Assembly (NCBI RefSeq): GCF_009914755.1
Contig: NC_060939.1
DNA: 64,000 nt
Reading direction: 5' to 3' (one strand)
From: the human T2T-CHM13v2.0 reference genome, Homo sapiens
The notes beneath the pieces are model-generated. The model worked only from the letters and a program-made list of their open reading frames with translations. It was not told the origin of the DNA and ran no database searches. A program made the translations under genes and the position numbers. Below are positions 46,460 through 62,426 of this stretch, in pieces (within the stretch, counting starts at the first letter, position 1; each line of letters starts with the position of its first letter).

Positions 46460-47365
46460 AGGTATTTTGCATATCATATAATTCAATATTTTCAAGTATA
46501 CAATTTTTAATATATAAAATGACTTCTTAGTACATTTACTAAGTTGTACAACCATTACTATGAATCAGCCTTAGAACATTTCCATCATTCATGTCTATTG
46601 TTAATCTCTGTTTCTTCTTGCACCTGCCCCAGGCAACCACTCATCTATTTTCTGTTTTTATAGTTTGCCTTTTTGAATATTTAATATACATGAAATTATA
46701 CAATATGTGGTCACTTGTGTCTGGCTTCTTTCACAGAGCTGAATGTTTCTGAGGCTCACTCATGTCACGGCATGTATTTGTAGTGCATTCCTCTTCATTG
46801 CAGAACAATATTCTATTGTAGGGATATACACTAACAGTGCCTTGAAGAGCAAATGTTTTAGCTCTTTGCCAAGAGAAATAAAAGCATATATCTGCACAAA
46901 TTCTTGTACTCAAATTGTTCATAGTAACTTCATTCATAACAGCCTAAAACTGTATGCAACACAAATTTCTTCCCATCAACTAAAGGATAAACAAGTTATA
47001 GTATATATGTATGTTGAAAGACTATTCAGCAATAGAAAGGAACCACTGATATACATAACATGAAAAAAATCTTAAAAGCATTAAGCTTAATGAAAGAAGT
47101 CGAACACAAAAGACCATAATCTATATGATTTCACTTAAAGGAAATATTAGAAAATACAAAATTATAGTGACAGAAAATAGATTAGTGATTGCTGGTGGCT
47201 AGTGGGTAGCGAGGGTATTAACTGAAAGCATTACAAGAGAATTTTTTAGCTGACAGAAATCTGTATCATAATCGTGATAATGCTTGCAAGACTGTATACA
47301 TTTGTCAAAATGCATCAAATTTTGGATGAACTTTATTGTATGTAAATCAAACCTCAATAAAGCAG
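46460..47365. mobile_element. Two old L1 3'-end fragments in opposite orientation (minus about 46460-46830, plus about 46850-47365)
   Basis: caggcaaccactcatct (minus); acctcaataaagc (plus). Confidence 0.65.
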
Positions 47366-47924
47366 ATATTTTTAAAATAATGAGATTTCCTTATTCTTCC
47401 TTCAGTTCTGACAAAGGTACTATCTTCTGCCAGTCCAGTCAATTCTAGGACTTACTTAAGAAGAATTTTTGTGTTGAATTAAATGCTGACAATTTTAGTT
47501 ATGAATGATCATTTAGTTCTTAAATTCATTTTTATATCGATGGAAGTTGAATAAAAACTCTCCTAAGATAATCTGATTAAATGTATGTCAGTCCAACTTC
47601 CAGATGAATTAAGTTCTCTTGAAAATGGCCCCTAAATTTCAGAGACATATAAAAATAAGTGAGTTATGCCCCAGATGTACACAGAGCAATGTGGAGAGAT
47701 CATAAAACATAGTGCTAAATTTTAAAAAAGAAGAAAGAAAAGGTCTTAGTGCAATACCATTTGTGTCAACAAGTGATACCTGTACATGAAGCACATGTTT
47801 TACTGGGTCATACAAATAAAGGATCACCAAATACACAGAACACGACAGAGAGGGGAATGGGAGTAGTGCATGGGGAAAAAAAGGAATTAATGAAAAAGTC
47901 ATCCATCACTCAAGATTGCTCTTA

Positions 47925-47983
47925 TATAGACATATATATAGAGAGAGAGACAGAGAGACACACACAGAGAGAGAGAGCATATA

Positions 47984-48028
<45 letters not shown>

Positions 48029-48065
48029 ATATATATATAGAGAGAGAAAAATACATATATATATG
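47925..48065. repeat. Compound (TA)/(GA)/(CA)/(GT)n microsatellite
   Basis: Direct reading; includes a long (GT)n run. Confidence 0.95.
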
Positions 48066-48511
48066 ACAGGGTTTTGGATAAATAATTGAATTAGTTCATT
48101 TATCCAACCTAGTAGCTGGAAAATTTTAGTGGAGAAAACATCCATTTTTTTTCTCTATTAGAACAACACAAACTGGAAATAGTTTCATAGGGTAGTGTTT
48201 TCAATATATCTGCTCAGTGCTATCTCCTCAAGTGCTAGAAATGAAGAAATTAGGAGGGGAAAGCAAAATAGAATTAAACCAAAGATTTATACAGTAAGGA
48301 AACAAAACTAATCTCAAAGCCAAATGAAGCATAACATTCTTCTCTAGAGGGTCATGTGAGAAATAGCATATGGGTAAGTATACACATAGATAAATATACA
48401 CATTCATAGCATCCTTGCTGATATGAGGAATAAATACCTGTTAAAATCATTAATTTAAACAAGAAAGAGAACTACAGTCCTCTTTGTTAACTTCAAGGAC
48501 AGACTTAATGA

Positions 48512-48870
<359 letters not shown>

Positions 48871-50554
48871 AAAAAATAACATTGTTAACAGAACAGAGTA
48901 TAGATATAAATGTAGTTGTCTAATTGAGTGCTATCCTTCCTTTTCAAATAAATCTAGGAAATCAATCACCTAATAAAGTGTAGATGAATATAAAGTCACT
49001 TAATTAAAAATCTATTTTGAAGAAGGAGAGAAGAAAGAAGCACAATAAATAGTTGATAAATTGAACTGAAGAGATAAGGGAAATTGTAAGTCTTAGCCCT
49101 AGAAAGAAACTTAGAGATTAGCTTGCCAGCTAGCTTGCCTAAATTTTCATTTTATTGATATGGAATAGAAAAAAAAAGTCTGAGAGGAAGAAAAAAGAAT
49201 GAACATCTGCTCCCATGTAAATGGTTCAAAGTTAGGTTAATTACCAGGGAATGAGTCCCTTAGGTTTGCTACTATTGCAGAACTGAGCCTTCAGACAAAC
49301 CCATTCAGACACCCAGACAGCCCCCCCTTTGTCTAGCACCCCATCAGTTACCTGGGAACCAAAAGCCTAGACATCCCATATCTCCCTTTATTTTTAATAT
49401 TTTAATGGAATAAAAGGAATGTATCCCTAGGCAGATATTAGGCATGTTACATTTAAATACTTCTCCTAAATAGATACACTAGCCTATTGGCATAAGATTG
49501 ATTCCCAGTTCCTAAGGATTCAGAGGCTCTGTGAGCAGAGCTTTCCAGAGGTTTTGCTTTGTTGTGTTTTTTGTTTTTATGTGTGAACAAAATATTGCGA
49601 GCAAAGTAGATCTCAGATGAAAAAGTCTAACGTGCATATTTTAAGACTATTTCCATTTGGGACAGTTAGTAACAATACTTCTTCAATTTATGTAAGTCGC
49701 TACAGATAGGTTACTCCAGCTACCCTACCCTTCTTTAAAGAACGATGGACATACTGCCCCATCATGACCTTATGTTGCTGGGGTGGAGAATCTACTCGTG
49801 TATAATTAAGTAACAACAATAATAAAAATGTGTCCTTCTGATTTTACCACCTGCACCCCTGCCTTGGACTCTTCTGGGACCATGATTTACTCTGAGACAA
49901 TGTGTTTATTCCATGAGTGTTGACATTTGAGCAGGTTAGGTTTCTTTTAAATCACACTTCAGACACATAAAAGAATGCACAGAAGATAAACTAATTAGAA
50001 ACTAGTAGTCTGGACAAAATAAAAATCAAAACATTAGCCACACACACACACAAAAACAAAAAACAAAACATAAGACACAAACTATAACTTTCAAGGAAAG
50101 AAAATCTTAAATACAAAGTAAATGTCAGTTACTTTCAAATTATCTGCTTCTTTGTTTCTCATCTGTCTGTCTCTCTCTTCTTGATTTTCTAGGAAGAAAC
50201 ATTAATTTCTGATCTTAAATAGTTCTTGGCTAGTACTAAAGGACAATAATGAACCAGCCAAATCACAACTCTTGGTCACTTCATAGAATGAGAAGATGTA
50301 CATAAATGCAGTCTAGAACAAAAGAAGGAAGCTTTGTTGTGTTAAATATATCAGGATATGCTGAAACATAGGGTTATATTTACATGAATTTTTAAAATAG
50401 TTCAGACATTTTTATGTTTGCTGTTATCTCTTTAAGCTTGCTTTCTGTATTCCCAAGAGACATTTGTGTACTCTCTTCTGCCATCAGGAGTCTTTCGCTG
50501 TGAAAGTCTAAGAATTACTGAAACAGTCAGAAAATAAAAAACCAACAACCCTAA

Positions 50555-50660
50555 ACCTGAGCTCATGGGTTCGAGTCCCAGATCCATCCCCTTACATGTT
50601 AACTGTGTGACCTTGGCCAGGTCATTTACCTCTCATTTCCACACCTGCAGACTGAGACCA
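50555..50660 (+). mobile_element. MIR fragment with intact B box
   Basis: gggttcgagtcccag...ctgtgtgaccttggccaggtcatttacctctc. Confidence 0.75.
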
Positions 50661-52352
50661 CACCATTTGTGATTTTATGTAGCTCTTAAACTATAAACTC
50701 CTATTCAAATATAAGGTATAAGTGATATTTTATTTATGATATAAGTGGTTCAATCTCCCACTAATGATATAGAAGCCCTGGAAAAAAACATAAACTTATA
50801 CTTCAAAAAGTATGACCTCTCTCCCTGTTAAATTTTCCTTCCTTCTATGGCATTAAAAGAGATATGGCATTAGTGAAGCAACACATAGTTTTCTGCAGCG
50901 TCACAATGGAAAAGGCTGAGAGTGAGTTATTGGGAGCTGAAGTTATAAGGAGATAGAATAGAGAATATAGACTATACTTAATCCCTTGAGAAGAAGCAAC
51001 AATGGTCCTAGGAATTAAGAGAGGGTTCGATTCCTTCCTGATTGTTGTTGGAGAGGCCAAGACAGGGACGTAACAAGCTGGTCCTCCACAGCTGTGCTTC
51101 TTTGGCAACCTAAAGATGTTTCTGGCTCACAGTCCTGGCCAAACTGTGAAAAATGGAGCTGTCCACCAAAAAGTAGGAAATCTGCAATGGAAATAAGTAA
51201 TGGACCTGGATGCCAAATTCAAAGATCACCGGATACAATGCAAAAACACCTAGTATTTCAGGATAGTAATTCTTCTACTTTATTTATGCATTCTTGACAT
51301 ATCCAAATACGTGAGTAAAAAGTAGAATTAACTGTCAGAAAAGAAGTATATTTTCAAATGCTCTCAGCCAGGGTTTAGTGGTTTCCAGGGGCTTTCTTTT
51401 CCTCCCAATAGGAATAGCACGCTGTTGGCCCCAGTGAAGTTGTTGTTTGTACAAAAACTTTTTCAAGAGTTCATGAAACAGAGTTGGTCAAACTAGCTCT
51501 CAAGATAAGGACCCTGCAAATGTTTATAAACATATGATCTGCATTACAGTTAGTCTTGGACAAAATGATCTCTATCAGATTTTGTCTCAAGTTTTTCCAA
51601 CTCTTGACATTTGAATATTCTCTTTGCTCCAAATAAATTAATGTGCTAATAACAGCTTTTTGAAATAGAGTCAACAACAGAGATTATAGATGAACATTTA
51701 TCTACTGTTATCATAACACTAGTACAATTTTAATAAAAAGGCTGGAAATAATATCCATTTAAATTAAATCAAGAAAAAAATAAGTTTACTTTTTCTGAGA
51801 AAGCAAACTGATAGTTTTTCTCTTTGATTTCCTTGCACTTTAGAACGAAGGGCAGCTATTAAACCTTTAAATAAACCTTTAAAATAAGCTATACTATATA
51901 GCAATATTTGGTTTAGACTTTAATGAGCCATTTTTGTTATTTTATAGGCACTTGAGGATGCTAATGCTTCCTGAGTCATAGACTCTTCTAGCACAGCCTT
52001 TCTGGGAATGCACATGCATTGTCAGACACCGTGGAAGAGTAGATGAACTGGGTTCCCGTATTGTCATTGATACCAATAAGCTCTGTGGTCCGCAACCTCT
52101 CTTGATCTTGATTTTCTTCGTTATAAAACTAAAGCACTCAGTGGGATCCATGTTTCTAATTTTTTGTTGTTCAGCCTTTAAATAACATTTGGAGCGCATC
52201 TGATTACATTAACTCATTCCCAGAATCTGTGGCCCATTAGTGGCAACCTCTGAACAACAGATTCTTTAAGGATCTCACTAAGCCTAAGACTGTATTATTC
52301 TAGTGTTAGAGCAAAGAGGGGGAATGGGAAGGAAAGACACAAGTACTACTTA

Positions 52353-52989
<637 letters not shown>

Positions 52990-53689
52990 CTATTATTTAA
53001 TGGATTATATGATCCTTCATTGCATTAAACAGGAATTACTCTTCCATACCCTCAGGACAATTTTGTTTATGGAAAAACTCAAGTTTAACACATCACTATT
53101 CACACTTTTGGCAAAACATATGTGAATATTATGCACGTGTATTTTCTTTGTGTATGATTCTATGGTATAAAAAAGTAACAATAGGCTTTACAACTTTAAC
53201 ATGCCAAAAGTCAATGTCCTGAAGGCTCCAGGTAGGTACAAATCATCACTAGTACCCTAAAAAATTCCCCAGGAAATAAGGGGCAGGCACGTTTCACTTC
53301 ATATTACAAGGAGATCAAATTAGTCTATGTAAAGGAATATTTATTAAGATTCTGTTATTTGTGAAGAGCCGTGCTGAGCACTGAGGATAAAACAATTAAT
53401 AAGACAGGCTTCCTGCCTTGAGGACATAATAGTCTCGTAAGCAAGGCAGGCCTGAACTCATGACTTCAACACATTTTTTTTTTTAGGTATGCTAAAAAAC
53501 GTATACAGGTTGCTGTGGGAACAAGATGATGGGCACTGAGCCCAACCAGGAAATATCAGGGAAAGGTAACTGGAAGAAAAAGTCCTTGAGATATCTTGAA
53601 CAATAAGTGGACATAAGCCAGGAAAGGCAGGAAAATGGGGAAGAAGGAATACAAGTTCTAAGCAGACAAAGTATTCAGACTACAATCAA

Positions 53690-54083
53690 GTAACCAGAGC
53701 ATAGAATAATGTAAATTAGATGTTTTAATATCATTGTTTAGGCTGTGATCATTTTGGACTTGGGATTTTGACTTGAGGATGCATGAATTTCATCTTTTAA
53801 TGTTTAATCAGAAAAAGGAATCAAAATGTCCTCAGATTCACAACAAGGTTGTCAAAATCACTCTGTCAAAACCTCTTAATCGGGAAATAACAAGGCGCAC
53901 ATAGAAAACTACCAGTGGGTTGGTACTACCACAGTGAATGAATCCAAGGTGTGGAATGGTAGGTTACAAATAAGTGCCCAGGCACTGCAGTGGATTGCCC
54001 TGGCATAATCAGTAACAGCTCTTCCTTCCTTTCAGAAGTATTCTGAAAGGAATACTTTGGACAATAAATCATATGATCACCCT
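53690..54083 (-). mobile_element. hAT-Blackjack/MER81-like DNA transposon fragment
   Basis: Minus strand begins agggtgatcatatgatttattgtccaaa, like the TAGGGTGACCATAT terminus; left boundary uncertain. Confidence 0.55.
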
Positions 54084-54389
54084 CATTAAAATGCTGGTGG
54101 GACAAGCAGGCTAGGCCTTAGAGCGTTTGCTTGCATTCCATGCTAAGGAGTTTGGCATTTAGCTGATAGGACCCACTGAAGGGTATTATGAAGAGGAATG
54201 AGATGGTCAGCTATTTTAGAAAGGTCAATTTGGTAGCCAGCTCCTCTGTGAGCCCATAGGGTGTCTTTGTGCTGATTAGAGGAAGGTATTCTCTCTAGGC
54301 AGACACAGCTCTACCAAGCCCAAAATGATCAGTGGAATGAGGACTGGATTTCAAGCCCCCTCCCCACTTTGCTTCACCCGGGCACATGC

Positions 54390-54421
54390 CTGGCAGCTCT
54401 TCTGGCAGTGGTGTGAAGCAT
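54390..54421 (-). CDS. CERS3: Candidate alternative upstream coding exon segment (MLHTTARRAA-R) with GC donor
   Basis: ATG at 54421-54419, 32 nt to CAG|gcatgt; AG plus the single A preceding the main ATG gives Arg, in frame with MFWTF. Fits my recollection of an 11-aa longer CERS3 isoform; acceptor uncertain (ctctag| at 54440 or cccacag| at 54528). Confidence 0.6.
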
Positions 54422-54806
54422 GCCTCAGGAGATGGAGAAACTAGAGGACAATCAGCTCACAGCAATAGATGCAGTCAGCAGAGAGAAGGTTTGGCCAGAG
54501 CAGTGGGGACCAGAGGGAATAACGCCATCTGTGGGATGCAAATCGGGTAGAGGATAAAGTGAGCCCCAGAGAGAAGTGAGATTGATGGGGAAGAAAGAAA
54601 ACTCAAGGGAGTGAAGGTCAAAGACATGTGTGTTGGGAGTGAGGCCCGAGGGTAATGGGAAGACTAGATCAGAGGGTAGGATACAAGAGGGGAATACTGA
54701 AGTGACAGATTTCTGACTTCAGATGAGAAAGAATTCCACAGTGTGGACCCCAATGTCCTTCAGAAAGATCCACACCAAAACCAAGAATTGAACCCTGGTG
54801 AGATAA

Positions 54807-55238
<432 letters not shown>

Positions 55239-56249
55239 TAGAATTTCTACCCTGAGAGGGAGGAGTGAATCCTATTTATACCATTGCGAAGTTGTGTAAA
55301 TATGGTGGAACAAAGATAATCAACAAAGACTTAGTGATACTTCCTCTTGATTAGGCTTCGGGGACACAGAAAGGACAGGGGTGAAGGGGTGACCACGGAC
55401 GGCAGACTTGATCTGGGTACAAAGGTGCAGTGAGAGCTGTTGACAGAGCTGTTAGGAAGGAAGAATTGATCAACTTTCATGGTTAGTTTGGTAAAATAAG
55501 TGAGGACTCAAGCTTGGTTGCCTGAACCATCTGACATAACTGACCAAAAGAGGAATTTAGAGAAATCTATTTTGAAGTACTTGCCCAGAACATCTCAGAA
55601 CAAGAGCATACACAAGCCTTTGAGTCAAACTCCAGCAAAAGTTCAAACTTCCTACAGACTTGAGAAACCAGTCGAGGCCACAGAGGCTCTCTGTAATGGA
55701 CAAAGCTTGTGGCAGGTCTGTGTTCCTCAACTGCATCACAACTAGATACTCCTGCAAGGGCAAAGATATTTTTTTCCCAGAAGTTTGCCTCAGCATGTTC
55801 CTTACTTTATTGGTTCCAAATTTAATAGATAAGGACTCAGGGAACACATAGCAATGACACTGAGTTAGGTTTCCCCCCCAATATTATTATAATCACTGTT
55901 ATACAAAATAGCTTGCTCACCTGTAAAACACAACTCAAGGCAGTACAGATTATTTTGTATCATGTGAAATATAACGAATCAAATAGTTTATCATGGTTAT
56001 GTAGGGGTTACCACTCTAAACAATTCCTTGTGCATTACATGTAAGCAATGGATTAAGATCTGTTGAAAGCCATAGAAACTTTAATACTCAACAGCCAAAA
56101 ATTTTAGGGAAGATGGAAAGAACTCAAGAGTTGAGGATGACCTCTTGGAAAATGTAGTCCAAACTGAGAAAGACAATAAATCTACATTCTTCACTCTTTC
56201 TTCATGTACTGCCACCAAACATCAATTATTGCAGCTTCAGAAGTATTAA

Positions 56250-57650
<1,401 letters not shown>

Positions 57651-60600
57651 AGTTAAGAAGCCTCCTTCTCAGCTTCATCAACTTTTAACCTTTACACCTT
57701 TTAATCTATGGCTTATCCTGAATTTCATGCTGCAGCTGCCTGTTCTTCATTTATGGTGCTTAAGTTTTACCTCCCAAATTCTCCTGAGTCAAGCTTGCAT
57801 CCACGAACCCCGAAAAATAAATAAAAGAAATAAAGACTATAACCAGGTTCAGACTTCAGCATGACTTTAAATTTTATGACTTTATGGAAGAAAAAAACAG
57901 TATGCTTTAAAAAGCAAAATTGAACTCTCCTGAAGAAGTGTCTCTCCCAGATGATGGCCCCTTGAAGATAAGGGTGGTCATAGACTCCATAAGCCAATAT
58001 TTCAGCTCTAGGCATGGGCTTTAATGGTCCAGGCTACCCCTCCAGCCAGCCTCATCTTCCCTCAAGATGAGATCAGAGGCTAAACACACAAAGGAAGTGA
58101 AGACTGTGACAGTCACTCTTCTCTAATCCTCTCTGCTACTTCAGACTGTTAGCAAGAAACAAGTGACATTCTCATGGGCTCACCATGGCTGCTCTCAGGC
58201 CACAGCCTGTGATAACCCACAGCCAGAACCTCTGGGATCTTTCAGAGTCACATTTACCTGATCCTAGTGTACTGGACATGTCATTTTGGACATGCCACCA
58301 GCTCAGCATCCAGCCCACATAGTAGTCAGTGAAAATTGCCACCAGGTGTGAAGTTGGTATGATGCCTTTCCCATTGTGAATGCCAAAGGGGGCCATTCTC
58401 CATCTGCTGGCATTGGCCTGACCTTAGATCTGGTCATTCAGATGCTTTTGTTGGGATTGAATCTGGAGCAGACAATGCTATCCAGCAGCAGCAGCAGATG
58501 GCATCCTGCCGAGGCAGCGGCGGCCGTGACTGCTGCTGAGGAAAAGATAGTCGCGGTCTCTCAGCTTCTTGGCTTTCCTGATTGCCTTGGTTTCCACTGT
58601 CATCCAAGTCTAGTCCATCAGCCTTCCTTCAATGATGTGAGTTGCCTCCAATGAAGTATTTTATTTAAGGTACTAAGAAAGAGGTAGATTCTATTGCCTA
58701 CAACCAAGAACCCCAACTTATACATCCAGCATCTTCCACACCCTCCTTTAGAGAAACTGATGACTCCAATTTGGTTGTCTGAACCGTAAGTGTAGCAGAG
58801 GTACCTGTTTTTAGGATTTATAACTGAGAAGTACACAGCCTGCAGCATTTGTCAGTTTCTCCCCCTGTTTAGCCTCTGACCTCATCTTGCTGACAGTGGG
58901 CACTCATTTGCTCATTTGTCTCTTTTTCTTCTTTCTCTCCCATTTTTGCCCCTGTTCTTCCTGTTGGAAATGTGATAATGACACTCTTAGTTACTGCTTA
59001 AGGTGGTTTTTTTCCGTGTAAAGGAGGCTGCTGGCTTCCCTGAATAGCCTTAAAAAGATGCTTGGTAGATGAAAAAAAACATATCACCTATACTGTCAGT
59101 AGAACAATACTTTTGTGCTGGGTTAACTGTGTAAGCATCGCAATACTTCAACAATACTCAGATGGAAAGGACAGTTACAAAACATCGAGATGGAGAGATA
59201 CCTGTGTTTTTAAAACCCCACATGTCACTGCTGTGAAAAATTCTTGAGCCTTCACAGCAATGATTCTGTCCTTTAAGGACCTTGATTTTGACTCACTCAC
59301 TTTTCGGTCAGTCTCAGGAGCCCACTGATGCCCACATTAAGTTCTTAGTTCATGTCCCATCTTTAGTCATTTGACCCAATTCTAGCAATTTCTGGCAATT
59401 TAAAAATAAACTCTGTTAACAGCTCCTCAGTATCTCTGCTTGGAATTCTCTTGGAAGCAAATGTACTTATTTACCCCTGGGTCATTCTCAGTTCCTTTTT
59501 CTCTCTTCAGCTACTCAAGGCCCCTTTTTCTCATCCCGTGTGCATTCTCTAAGTTCTGCAATTTTTACTCATGTAAAAATATCAGAAGAAATTGTGATTT
59601 TATTTACATAAAAAAATATGAGGCTATTTTTTAAAATATGAAATATTTGCAAGAAAAATGCCTGCGTTTATTTCTTTGTACTTTGGGGGAAGCAATAGTA
59701 ACGGATGAGGCATCTCAGCCCCAGCTGTGTTTTTTGCTAACACTATGGAATTCTTAAACCCTATTTTTGACTTCAGCTGCCAAAAGTTTCCAAGAAGACA
59801 ATGTAGCTAATGTAGGGGGTTCACGGTCATTCTTTTCTAACCTCGTGGGTATAGAACCCAATGTGTAAATGAAGCCTGTTGAGCTACTTCCTCAGATGGA
59901 CGCCATTCCATTCGAACTTAGGATGGAAGGAATAAAACCAGTTGGGCCACAAGTTTATCACTATTTGAAGCAACATTTTTGTAAAGTATTAAAAAATATG
60001 ACAGTCTAACTTTTGCTGATGTAAGAACTCCAATCCAAGCTGAGGCTTTGGACAACATCTGGTAATTATTCATCCAATTCATACTGTAAATTCCATACCA
60101 GTTTAGAAGATATTGCTACAGAACATATCTCTCAGATAGAGGAGAGCAACAAGAAACTATCTCTACAGAACAGAAGGTTTCTCTCAGACAGACAGCAGGA
60201 ACAAGAAATGGCAAGGTGGGCAAACAAGTCAAACTGAAGTAAAGGTATTTTTCTGACTGACAAAGTGCAAGGATGCGCTTGAGTTCACATTCGCGATCTC
60301 TGAACATTATTATGGTTGGAGGATATGAGTTGGCAAGAGCTTTTGAAGGTCAGGTGACCAGCTAGGTTATAGGTGACCGGCATTCTCTGGTGAAGGGAAA
60401 GTCAGCTCTGTAACAGAAGGACCTTCTCTGTCTTGCTCGCTATTGCCTACTCAGAGCTGGCCACACAGTAGACACCAAATGAATATTTATTGAATGAATG
60501 GATGTAAAGCTTACTGGGGCTAGAATGCATTTTTGAACACTCAAAGAGTGATGCTTCAGCCAATAATAAAATCTGATTTAATTATCTAAAAACAACTTCA

Positions 60601-61175
60601 TTTTTATTAGTTGTAAAACAATTCTTAAAATTTGGTTAAAGGGTCGGGTAAACATGTTTATCTACATTAGTCTGTTTGTGCTTTCTTTGGAACCAGCTCT
60701 ACAAACCCAGCCAAAAAAAAAAAAAAATAGTATGTCTTTAAGATAAAACACAAAGGAAAACATTAGCAGCTACGCACCTCCTGTGCACAGTGTTAAGACC
60801 AAGCCCATGGTAAATTCCAATTCTAAATGCATTTAAAATTGTACCATTTCACATGAAGAAGACAATGCAAATGATAGAACAACTTAACCTTGAAGGATAT
60901 TTACTGTTTCTAAGTTAGTGCATTAACAAAACTATGAATGCCTTAGGCTATAACTGTAAAAAAACTGAAGAGAGAGAAAAAAAAGAAAAATATCCTATAC
61001 TGTAATGAACAGGAGCAATTAACTTACTGCAAGACAAAAAATAATTTTAAGGAATTCTCCTATACAAAATTTAACAATTATATTAATTTAAAGCCTGGAA
61101 GAAATTCATAATAGAGTTTCAAAAAAAAAGAAAAATTCAGAATATTTGTGACAAAAATATGGTATCACTTCAAAG

Positions 61176-61590
61176 ATGTCATTAAGTGATATCAGGATGC
61201 TCCCAAGTATCCATTTATTCTTTTTAGTTACACACCCCCAGCCTCCACCCCAGTTACACCTGGTATGTGGCTGCCCGCTCCATGAGGCAGCATTCTCCAG
61301 CCTCCCCAGATGTGGCATGTGTGACTATGCCTGGGTCAATGACATAGGGGTGGAATTGATTTGCATAATCTCCCTAAAGACCAAGCTGCATGTCCTGGTT
61401 TCTCTCTGCCTTCCTGATAGCTGGAGATGTGGCTGACAGGACAGGAGCGATTTTTAAAGCCAATTAACTCATTAGCCCTGGGCCATTCATGTCTGTACTG
61501 TTACATGCAAGAGAAATGAATTTCTATCTTAGTCATTGAATTTTGAGTTCTATTTGTTACAACAGGTGAGACTGTGACTCTAATAATACA
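61176..61590 (+). mobile_element. MaLR LTR (MLT1J/I-like)
   Basis: atgtgactatg, ctgttacatgcaagagaaatgaatttctatctt, ends taataca. Confidence 0.65.
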
Positions 61591-61693
61591 GAGAAAATAA
61601 TGGAAAAGATAAGTAAACAAGAGCTATGGTTTGTATTGTTTCCAGGTAGACTGTAAAACATGGAGACTTCTGCTCATCAAAAGATACCATTAA

Positions 61694-62018
<325 letters not shown>

Positions 62019-62120
62019 CTACAGACTGGGAGAAAATATCTGCAACACAAAGAACTTTTATCTAGAATATATAAAGAACTTCTATAACTCAATTTAAAAA
62101 AATAATCCAGGGACTTTTTC

Positions 62121-62383
62121 CATCATAAGTCCATTGGGAGCCTGGGTTTCCATTAACAGTCTGTTACATGCCCTAGAGAGGAGCATCATAAGTCCATTGG
62201 GAGCCTGGGTTTCCATTAACACTCTGTTTCATGCCCTGGAGAGGAGCATCGTAAGTCCACTGGGAGCCTGGGTTTCCATTAATGTTCTGTTACATGCCCT
62301 GGAGAGGAGCATCATAAGTCCACTGGGAGCCTGGGTTTCCATTAATGCTCTGTTACATGCCCTGGAGAGGAGCATCATGAGTC
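62121..62383. repeat. 63-bp minisatellite, about 4.2 copies
   Basis: Units start at 62121, 62184, 62247, 62310 plus a partial at 62373; consensus catcataagtccaytgggagcctgggtttccattaa...ctgttacatgccctggagaggag. Confidence 0.97.
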
Positions 62384-62426
62384 TTTGCTCTTCTTACAGG
62401 GCTTCTTTCTTGAAGCTTGGGCCAGT

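Noticed and set aside
51861-51885. Short tandem duplication aaacctttaaa x2 (also a 14-bp one near 5341)
   Set aside because: Ordinary slippage-size duplications in AT-rich DNA.
58376-58654. Ser/Ala-run ORF and apparent CpG island
   Set aside because: Only a handful of CpGs in under 100 bp within a probable old LTR; too short for an island and no coding signal.
62121-62383. Possible CRISPR-like array
   Set aside because: Units are head-to-tail with no unique spacers, there are no cas genes and the context is a primate intron; it is a minisatellite.
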